DNA of 49,199 nt from Catajapyx aquilonaris (Eukaryota): positions 1 through 49,199 of the forward strand of contig JYFJ02002897.1 of NCBI GenBank assembly GCA_000934665.2, given 5' to 3'. Shown here piece after piece: positions 36,056 to 45,433 of this stretch. Position numbers and translations under genes: made by a program. The notes under the pieces were generated by a model. That model made no database searches. It was given only the letters and a program-made list of their open reading frames with translations, and was not told the origin of the DNA. Position 1 is the stretch's first letter; each line of letters starts with the position of its first letter.

Positions 36056-37163
36056 GAGAGACCATAAAATGGTCCGAAAAATTTCGTCATTTTCTACATA
36101 AAATATTATGTCATTGGTATTGAAATAAACTGATTTAAAATGTACAGATGTATAAATTGTTTTTGAACCTTGGCACTTCAGGCAGCCTGATTGTTGAATA
36201 CGTGCGAATTTAAGTGTTTCCCCCCAAATAGGTTCGCAATAAGACTCATAGCAGTGTGCATTTTAGCAGATGCAAAGCATAGTAATAATTTTGCATTACA
36301 CGTACGCGATTGCTTTCATATAGCATGAACCCAGCGGCAACCGCGACTCTTCAAGATAACCTTTAACACTTTGGCATGTGTTCAATTAATTTCTTGCAAA
36401 TTAATAACAAAGAAGCTCCTCTCTTGTCAGAAAAGTCAATATTATTATGACTTGTGTTAACTCATTAGCGATCAGTTCCCAATTTTTGCCGATAGGCCCT
36501 TTTATCCTGACATCTGAGAGCCACCCGTAAACCTGCCTTGTTCGTAGGGAGGGCTGACTTCTAGGATAAAAGAACACGCAAATGTGGAACAAAAATCTGC
36601 AAACGTAGAGTATACAGCTTCTGGACAAAGAGGAGAAAGACCTGGTTAACGGTGGCATTGCAACACTTCCCACAGTGTGAATATACATGGGCGGGTACAT
36701 TTTTATACCTTGGAGAGACATGCAAGTAAACACCAGCTTGATCGCCAGAGGCTAAATGACCACTTTAAAATAAAAAGCCTGTCTGACAGCCTGGCAGAAA
36801 TAGATCAATATTCTTAATGTCTGAAAACCTGCGTGCAAAAAATTGCAAAGACAATAAATTATCGGTGAGTTGGACTCTATAAGAATGAATCGTAATATTA
36901 TTCATTCCGTTGTTAACTTTTCTGCTAACTGCAATAATAATGTATTAAGTGAGAGTGATTTGCGTACATTATACTGCAAGATAAGGCCGATCAGCTGATA
37001 AACTAACTAAACGTGACTACGGTGTGCAACGGCACATGTTATTCCCAGACTGCATGTACTTCCCCAACCGGAAAATGTTCCTTCGCATATTGCTTGGTCA
37101 TGCGGCATAATCAATCCACCGCTCGAGTGGAATACTGTACTGGAAACTACTTCGAAAGCGTCA

Positions 37164-37265
37164 GGAATTTCCTAGCCGGACCTTCCCGGACTTTCCTTCA
37201 TTCGCGGAATCAGCACCTTTCAGTTGTAACAAGTGACATTTACTGATTTCTCAGCCAATATAAAA
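37164..37265 (+). promoter_or_regulatory. Clustered kappaB-like sites and TATA box of AMP gene 2
   Basis: GGAATTTCC 37164-37172, GGACCTTCCC 37178-37187, GGACTTTCC 37188-37196, TATAAAA 37259-37265. Confidence 0.65.
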
Positions 37266-37316
37266 CATGCATTGTAGCACCCTTGAGAATTAATTCCACT
37301 ACTCTTGGAGGCAAAG

Positions 37317-37872
37317 ATGCATACCGGAAAATTGTGTCTCATCCTTCTTATTTGCTGCATTTGGTCCGCAGTGTCTCAAAAAGCAGTCGATGTCGCTGGT
37401 TCTGACAAAGTTCACAATGGTCGAGTAGGCCAAGTGAGTATTCCCATTGTTTTGAAGTTTGCATGTTACTCTGCAATGAATTATTCCACTAAAATAATGT
37501 CGCCTAATTCATTTAAAACTTGTGCATCTTTGCAACCAGAACTATCCGGTATTGTTGATATTGTGTATATCTCTCTAGCCGCATTTTGGCTTAAGCGGAG
37601 GAGGTGGTGGCAACAATGCTCGCAACTACGGGGCTTCCCTGGATGGGTCCGTTGGCACCAAGGTGTGGCAAAGTAATAATGGACGTCACAGTGTTGGCGT
37701 TGGAGGCACCTACGGACGAGATTTTGGTCGATTCGAGGTTAGTGACTGTACAATATTATGATCAAAGGTTGTGCGAAATGGCCATTAATAGTTCAATTTT
37801 AATTTTCAGGGCCAGTCGTGGTCTGGTCGACCTCGATGGAGTGCAGGAGCCGGGTACAGGTTCCGTTTCTAG
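37317..37872 (+). CDS. Diptericin/attacin-C-like antimicrobial peptide 2 (112 aa), close paralog of peptide 1. Exons 37317-37433, 37579-37737, 37810-37872
   Basis: Signal peptide; SDKVHNGRVGQ|PHFGLSGGGGGNNARNYGASLDGSVGTKVWQSNNGRHSVGVGGTYGRDFGRFE|GQSWSGRPRWSAGAGYRFRF. Exon 2 and 3 lengths (159 and 63 nt) are identical to gene 1. Confidence 0.85.
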
Positions 37873-38416
37873 TCAACATTCATCAAGCCACATGTTGTAT
37901 CGAATTGTTTTTGGTTCAATAAATAATGGGTGTTAACGGATTTTTTGTCACCTTCATTCAAAAATTCATGCCCAGTGCCCCAAATAAAGATTAGGCACGA
38001 CAATATCATCAGAAGGCACGACATTATCATGGTTTCAAACAATAATGCTTCGCTGCCTGGCGGGGATGGGCTGAATTCACAAACAATCGAAAGGGGATGA
38101 AATGCACGCTACATGTCGTTTGGCCTTGGCAGAACCGGATTACGTGCATGACCATTGAACTTCCTCGAATCCAAACTACTCAGTACAGGTGCCAGTAGCA
38201 TATGTCGACTCATCGCCTGATGTAGTCTCCACCTGTATACAGTGAGAGTGAGTTATTTTTTAACCGTCTTTTCACAGCAGCTAAGAATATTTACAACTAT
38301 TCGCTTCGCAATTTTCTATCAGTAAGACCTGAATACAATATTACAATAATTCATCTAGAACAGATGAAGTCCAGGAAAATTAGGATAAACCAGCACTATA
38401 TAATTTTACCCAACAG

Positions 38417-39076
38417 ATGGAGCTTACAAAGGCGATCACTGTTTGCATTTGCTTGTTTGCAATAACGGATACAATTCCCACCACCAGCAGCCAGGAATCA
38501 GATGCGACAGTAGGTGTTGTTCACACGCAATTCGGAAATCATGTTGTTGTTAAATAGTGGGCGTCATTAAATCATTCTCAGGAGGACCCTGGTCTAACAG
38601 AAGAGAACAACCCTGGTCCACCAGGCGGAAGAGGCAAAGGCAGAGGCAGAGGGCCACCTCTTGGACACCCTCACAAAAATCGTACTGGCCCTCCATTTGG
38701 CCACCCACACCAGAACAGGACAGGACCACCTTTTGGACACCCTCACAAAAATCGTACTGGCCCTCCATTTGGCCACCCACACCAGGACAGGACAGGACCA
38801 CCATTTGGACACCCACATCAGAATAGGACGGGACCACCTTTTGGACATCCTCATCAGAACAGGGCTAGACCACCGAGAGCTCGCGGTCCAAAAAACAAAG
38901 ATGGCAAGGGGCGAGGGTCCAAAAATAAAGGAAACAAGTGGAGAGGTCGTGGGAAAGGAAACAGGTCAGCGGAGGTCACCACACTGGAGGCAGACGGCGA
39001 GTACTCTGTGGAATATGTGAACGCATCAGAAGGAATCTCGGACGGAATTGATGGCAGGTCTGTCTCTGGTATATGA
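38417..39076 (+). CDS. Secreted Gly/Pro/His/Arg-rich repeat protein, six GPP(F/L)GHPH(K/Q)(N/D)R(T/A) units. Exons 38417-38509 and 38582-39076
   Basis: TATAAT near 38396; signal-like MELTKAITVCICLFAITDT; phase-0 GT-AG intron; exon 2 frame is open for 164 codons. This frame is missing from the ORF track. Confidence 0.75.
38651..38866 (+). repeat. 36-bp coding tandem repeat x6 with a 72-bp higher-order duplication
   Basis: ttggacaccctcacaaaaatcgtactggccctccatttggccacccacaccag occurs at 38661 and 38733. Confidence 0.92.
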
Positions 39077-39767
39077 AAAACACAGGACGACCTTGAAAGA
39101 AAGAATAATCAGAGCCGCACAATGTATTGATTTTGAAATTATAATGTGGAATATAACAGGTATTGTTGCGTAATGACTATCAAAGATGTCAACGATATAC
39201 TTAGCAATTAAAGGCTTGGGATGTCAGTGCTGTTTTAAGGCTTAATTTGCGTATCGTAGAAGATTTGAAATCTGATTATTGAACTCTCCATTATGATGGA
39301 ATATAATGTGCGTATAGGCCTATGTTTTTTTTCAAGCTTCCTCCTATGATGTTGTAATAATTTTAATCTTAATAAAACTGACATGTCTATAGGAAATTAC
39401 CTTTTGAAGATTCGATCGCGCAATGCTTAGTCCAATCTCGACAATGCAATGATGTGATTCTGATCGTTATGGGTAGCAGCTTTCCACACCAGTAAGGAGC
39501 AATAATTAATTTGGATTTGTGTTAATTCGGAGTCAATATTCCATTCCAAACTGATGAATGGAAAAGATTAACTTTGTGGCTTATAGTATTCCTACTAGAA
39601 AATCATATTTTTACAAATGGACTTGAAGTGATTGCGACTTTCAATCCAGTTGACATTGATCGGAATCGACTACAGTTCGGAATTAAATTGACCTGCGGAA
39701 TTCAGATGGCCACCATTCATTTCAAAACATGTTTGTACCACCTTGGTTTGTACTTGATGTACCGGCG

Positions 39768-39898
39768 GAAAACGAGAGAACAATCTGACGTCATCGTTTC
39801 TTCCATTGTTGCTTTTTGTTGACACTGTTTACTCATATTGTTCTGTGAGGGTATTTCCATGGAAACCTTGATGACGTCAGATCGTTCTCTCATTTTTC
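39768..39898. repeat. Short inverted repeat (MITE-like) carrying two CRE motifs and a kappaB-like site
   Basis: gaaaacgagagaacaatctgacgtcatc versus gatgacgtcagatcgttctctcatttttc; TGACGTCA at 39786 and 39872; GGGTATTTCC at 39849-39858. Confidence 0.7.
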
Positions 39899-39957
39899 GT
39901 ACATTATTCATGGAGAACTTTGGAATCAAACTTAATATATTTTTAAAACTCTTAATC

Positions 39958-40088
39958 GGTTATTTTCCCCAAGAGTAGGAAAATCCCAACTTGTTTAGAG
40001 CTATGCATTTCACTCTGTTCGGGTTATGGCAGCAAAAAAACCCAGATGTCGGCGTCACAACGAGGAAGCATGGGCGATGGTTATAAAG
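39958..40088 (+). promoter_or_regulatory. kappaB-like sites and TATA box of AMP gene 3
   Basis: GGAAAATCCC 39978-39987 (reverse complement GGGATTTTCC, identical to the site at gene 1); ttattttcccc 39960-39970; TATAAAG 40082-40088. Confidence 0.7.
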
Positions 40089-40122
40089 AAGGACTGGTTG
40101 CCAACCCCATAGAAGTGAAACC

Positions 40123-40973
40123 ATGAAGATCTTATTGATTATTCTAGCCTTAGCTGCGGTGGTGACATGTCAACGGAACATGTCATCAGACACAACCTCG
40201 CGACAGATGCCTCGACTGCACCTTCCTCCAGTGGTGTCACGACCCAGTCTTCCAAACGTACAGGTCGGTTCATGTAACATTCGACGACCAACCGTCATTA
40301 TTTTGTTGGTTTTGCGTGACCAGGTTAGTGGAGGTGGCGGTGGAAGTGACCTGAGGAACTTTGGCGGATCCTACAATGTTCGTGTGGGAAGCGATTTGTA
40401 CCACAGCCCCAACGGTCGCCATCACATATCGGGCCATGTTAACCATGGGAATAACTTCAAAGTTGATCAGGTACAGACACAACATTCCGTCATTTCTTTG
40501 CTTACGTAAAGCAGCATCCTCACACCTCACTCCATTTCAGAGACGTATATAGGGTCGAAAAAAAACATTTCACGCTGATAGAGTGCTGATGGTTATTATG
40601 CATCTACATATAGTATGTTTCAGTACAATTAGTATTAGCTCCAAAATAGCGTAACTTTGCCAGTTGAAGTTATTTCAAGTAGGCCTATATTAAACAAAGA
40701 GAAAAACACTCAATTTCTAATGTACAGATGGGTTGACGTAGCACACTTTTTGAAGGGAAGGTATAGGCCTATATACTGATGGTGATGATATATGAAGGCA
40801 AGGAGATTAAAACGCCAAGTCAGTGTGACGTCCTTTATGAATTATTACAGGCCACTGCTGGTCACTGCAACTCACCCACATGCAATTTTTTTCAGGGTGC
40901 CTGGAGGGGAAACCCATCTTATGGAGGAGGTCTGACGTACAAATTCAACCTTCCCGGGCGTCGGAAGAAGTAA
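40123..40973 (+). CDS. Diptericin-like antimicrobial peptide 3 with Pro-rich domain (121 aa). Exons 40123-40263, 40324-40470, 40896-40973
   Basis: Signal MKILLIILALAAVVTC; P-domain RLHLPPVVSRPSLPNVQ|VSGGGGGS; LYHSPNGRHHISG; GNPSYGGGLTYKFNLPGRRKK. Phase-0 introns fall at about the same positions as in genes 1 and 2. Confidence 0.83.
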
Positions 40974-42899
40974 TCTCATTGTAACTGTGTGTCTAAGAAT
41001 AAAATACTGTCCAGAGAGTGTCCCATACGTATTTAAATATCGACACACATGCCACACCGTATACACCTTCAGGGAAGAGCCGTGTTGAAGTCACGCCCGC
41101 CTTTTGAAGACGACAGTACATATTTGCTGGTAACAGTACTTTTTAAAAACCGATGTCACTTGCAGGTGAAGGTCCCAAGGCGCGTGATGAGTTTTCACTT
41201 TGGTCATTATCCGTACACAGAGGAGTGTCCGCCGCCCCCTCCTAAAAGACCGCCCGCCCCCCACGGTCAAGCACGACAGTTGAAATTCACACGCTGATGA
41301 ACATGAAGTCCTGGATACCAAGCTCTATTTTGTAAACCGGCCGTTCTCCTGGCTGTGCAGGTACACAATTTTTGTTTTTATTTAGCCCCGTATGGTCATA
41401 TTTTGGGGCTGCTGCCACAAAGAGAAGCTACGCTACACAGACCCTCATGAATAATGGCGGAGGAAACTAAGGGTCACTCATATACAAAGTGCAAGCTTGC
41501 GTATCATATTTTGTGCGACTAACTCTGAAGTAGAACATTTTTTTATTGGAGGTATACCGTACTACACTTAGTGATAATTATACAATTGCGTGTGTGCTGC
41601 GCTTCATAGGCATGTATGCTGCACGGATGCAGAATAGTGTCTATTTTATTATAGTCTTTACTATTTTATTTAATAGTTTATTTAAGAACTAATAATTAAA
41701 ATTTTACGAATAGTTGATAATTCATTTGATTTTATTTATAGCTCATTTAATGAATATTATTCGATGTTTAATATAAGTGGACATATTGTTAATTAATAAT
41801 ATTAAGGTGTTAATGACAATTATGAGGTGTTTGCAATTTAAAAGATCACATGCTTATTAAAACTTAAACAATAAAACGAAATTAAAACATATTAATAAAA
41901 TTCCATTCCAAAGGTTACGGTTAGAGTGATTTCGAAAGATCCAAACTTTCGGCCATAATAAAGTACTGTACTGCATAATTGTCGTACTGTAAATGACACC
42001 CTTGCATCTCTTTGATAGTACATCTTCTAGGGCAGAATTTTTAACATTGCTGTAATGGAAGAGTCTTTGTGCCGTAACTACAAATTTTGTAGAAAATTGC
42101 ATGCTGGAACGCTTTCCCTTTTGTTGATTAGTACGAGCTCTAATACATTGTTGCACACAGTTCATAATCTAGGTGATGAGTTAGAAAACGTGTATTAATT
42201 AGATGTCATACAATCATGACATGAAACTTTTTCTACTCTCGTACACATGACGTTTCATAAAAATATACATAGAATCAGCATAGAATAGTGTTTGCGTATA
42301 AGCAAAAAATTAATTCCAGAATATTATGGCCCATTTTAGAGACACTTGAATTTACGAGCCCCACAAAATTCTAACTGTTCAAAATAGTTTATCAGCGTGG
42401 CAGGATTCACTAAAATCTCAGTGCGTAAATTATCACAATTAGTTCCCAGTTATCGCACATTGTCAGGCCTCTCTGACAATGATCCACTTTCACTGCAGCC
42501 AAGAACCAGCTATATTACAGGTCCTTTGCACGAAATTTGAGCTTCCCAGCTTTCCACTGGCCACTATAATTAGTCGCAAAAAACGAGACAAGTACCGAAA
42601 GCAGAACAATGTGTGTCGGGCGAAAACATATGCAAAACTTTACGTGGGTGGGTGTTGGGAATGGGGGGGACACTGGCCCTGATTTTCCCACTGACCTAAC
42701 TGACACACAAGGTGCCTGGAGCGTCAATTTTTGTGAAAAATAGAGGAGCCCACTTGCTTATAAATGTGCGGGCGGAGGCCCCAGTTAATGGCATTCACAC
42801 TGTCCTCTTTCACACGGACACATCCATCTGCAGGGTATGTACAGAGTGTCGTGTGTTGTCAAGACTTGTGTGCTATTCTGTGCTTGTGTCTCTCAGAGG

Positions 42900-45162
42900 A
42901 TGAGGCTGGTGGCCAAACTACTGGTGTTCGTCATCGTGGGCGTCGTCTGTTCGCATGGGATGGACATGCCGTGGTCCAGGCATCATCATCATCAGGTACT
43001 CCACATATGAATGACATTTTGAAGGAAACGACAACCTTGTGATCCGTACATTTTAGAGCCTGCACCCACGTGGGCACCAGCACAACTATCCGCACCGTCC
43101 TGTCTGGTTGAAAAGGTCACCTCCAGGAGTGGTTGGCCGGAACACGACAACTGTGATTCCGGAAGCACAGCTGGAGTCTCCAGGGCGTTTCAACTCCAGC
43201 GATGACCGTGAAGGAAGATGTGTGTATGGGTGACATGCAAGGTGACCAGTTTGTGTGACGGCTGTCCGGTTTCCTTACAGTTCTCTCCATATTCACGGTG
43301 GTCAAGTTTGAGAACACCGAGTGTCACTCTGCGTCCGGTGACAACGGTACGTGCTTCACTGCCAAGGAGTGTGCCTGGAGAAAAGGATCGTCCAGCGGAC
43401 ACTGCGCTGGAGGGTACGGAGTCTGCTGCGTGTGTGAGTATAACATTGATCATTGTCCTTGTAGCTATTGGAACGTTGTTCAATACAGTGTCTTGTAGTC
43501 ACCAACACTTGCGGGGATGTGACGGACCAGAACTGCACCTACTTTGTGAATGGAGGGTATCCCAGTGTGTACGACGGAACCGGGTCGTGTCAACTGACTG
43601 TTCACAAGTGCGCTCCAGAAGTTTGCCAGCTGAGGCTTGATTTCGATGCCTTCTCCATCGCCCAGCCTGGAACAGACGGGGTGTGTCAAAACGACCAGTT
43701 CATAGTCGGAGGAGGCAGCTCGGTGCCCACTATTTGTGGCGTTAACACTGGGAATCACAGTGAGTTATCAGGTCCACGCTATTGCCACCAGTGTTCATAA
43801 AATGTTTCGTTGCAGTGTACATCGATGTTGGAAACGCAGTCTCTAGTCCGGTCACCTTGACTGTGGTCACCAGTGGGAACAGCTACGGTCGCAATTGGAA
43901 AATTAAGATAACTCAGATCAAGTGCAAGGGTTTATCCAGAGGTCGGTATAGCTTATATCCGTCTTGAATGATACATCTGTAACGTGATTTATTTCCAGCT
44001 CCGGATGGCTGCTTGCAATATTACACTGGCGTGTCCGGGCAGATCCGGTCCTTCAACTTTGACCTGGCGGCCGGACAACAGCTGTCCAACCAAGACTACA
44101 CCAGCTGCATCAGAATGGAGCAAAACTTCTGCTCTATACGATACACCGCATGCCAAGATCCATGTAAGAAACGCCATATTCTACACCACATTCGCATAAA
44201 TATGTGTGTTAATTCCAACAGAATTGTCCATAGTTGCTGGCAATTTTTGGCAAAATGACTTAATTTTCCGCAGCTATAATGCCCGGATCTGCCGGCACGA
44301 CCCAGCGCTCCAGGTCATTTTCATTGACCGGTGCATCCACGGCCAGTGTCGGTGCCCTCGTTGGTCCCGTCAGTTGTCAAAACGATTGGGTCAACATCCC
44401 TTGCGCCACCAACACAGGCGGGTTCAGACAGGCTGGAAACACCAGCTGCTCAGACCGGATATGCGGAGACACTTTCAACAGCGAGGCATCCACACAAGCT
44501 TCACCAGTCTTCAGTAAGTTCACAACAATGAATGGTTCACGGGATGGGGTCATACTCTTGAATTTCAGGATCACTAGAAGATCAGCTTAGAAAACAAAAG
44601 CATGATTCAGACAACGCATGAGGTGAAGGAGTTCTTATACATTTTATCACGTAGTAAATATTGCACTAAATATATTTAAAGTTGCTCGGCATATACCAGC
44701 ATAATTAGCGTAACTGGCGCAATTGGCGCAATCGACGCAATTGGCGTAATGGACGCTTCTGAAGAAGGGATCCATTCTCTTCGTAAAACTTTTGATTCAC
44801 ACATATGTGGATGGAACAACGTCAATTGCGCCAGTTGAAACACTGCACTACTCTTACTTCGATCTGTTTTCCTCTTCCGCACATACGTATGACATTACTA
44901 AACTGAAGGACAGCTGACCTGCCTCGCTTACTAACATCGGTCGCGGTCTGTCACTAATACTGGGTCGCGTTGATGACTAACCAATCTGGCGATTTACTGT
45001 GGATCCACCGGTATGTCAGTGTCCGTTTGCTATACCACAGGTTCAGTCAAGCCCTTCCGCATATACTACCACACGAACGGAAACGAGATGAACGACTCGG
45101 GGAATCGCGGTTTCTGCCTGAATTACATCCAGCAACCTTGCAGTATGCCAGCAATCGGATAA
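42900..45162 (+). CDS. Secreted arthropod-type CUB-domain protein. Exons 42900-42995, 43057-43219, 43281-43433, 43499-43759, 43816-43941, 43999-44163, 44274-44513, 45041-45162
   Basis: Signal peptide; REGRFLSIFTVVKFENTEC..NGTCFTAKEC..GHCAGGYGVCC; VCQLRLDF; ICGVNTGNHMYID; RNWKIKITQI; APDGCLQYYTG; CIRMEQNFCSI; RGFCLNYIQQPC. All junctions are GT-AG and in phase. Confidence 0.88.
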
Positions 45163-45305
45163 AAATCTTCGGACCTTGTCCCGTCCTGTTTCTTCTTCCT
45201 AAGTCTGTCAACTTGTTGGTGTTAGTGGGTTGTGGAATCTTTATATCTGGGGGCGATTCTTTTTGACATCCTGACTGAGACCGAGCCAATGATTTATTCG
45301 GAAAG

Positions 45306-45433
45306 GCCAAGTGAAGCCCTTCCGGATAACATACCACACGGATTCCAACGAGGTCAACGACGAGAGAAACACCGGATTCTGCTTAATGTACGTCCAGCAA
45401 CCTTGCACTTCATCGGGAGCAGTTTTTGGTTGA
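45306..45433 (+). CDS. Duplicated alternative last exon of the CUB gene
   Basis: QVKPFRITYHTDSNEVNDERNTGFCLMYVQQPCTSSGAVFG* parallels SVKPFRIYYHTNGNEMNDSGNRGFCLNYIQQPC. The AG at 45304-45305 gives the same phase, but the pyrimidine tract is weak. Confidence 0.7.

Noticed and set aside
38557..39020. ORF-track translations of the repeat (WTPSQKSYWPSIWPP and LDTLTKIVLALHLATH frames), or a CRISPR-like reading
   Set aside because: The third frame is the one joined in phase to a signal-peptide exon and open throughout. The repeats are contiguous without unique spacers, and the DNA is eukaryotic.
44708..44757. 9-bp tandem repeat (gcgcaattg-like) in a CUB intron
   Set aside because: Short degenerate minisatellite with no evidence of function.
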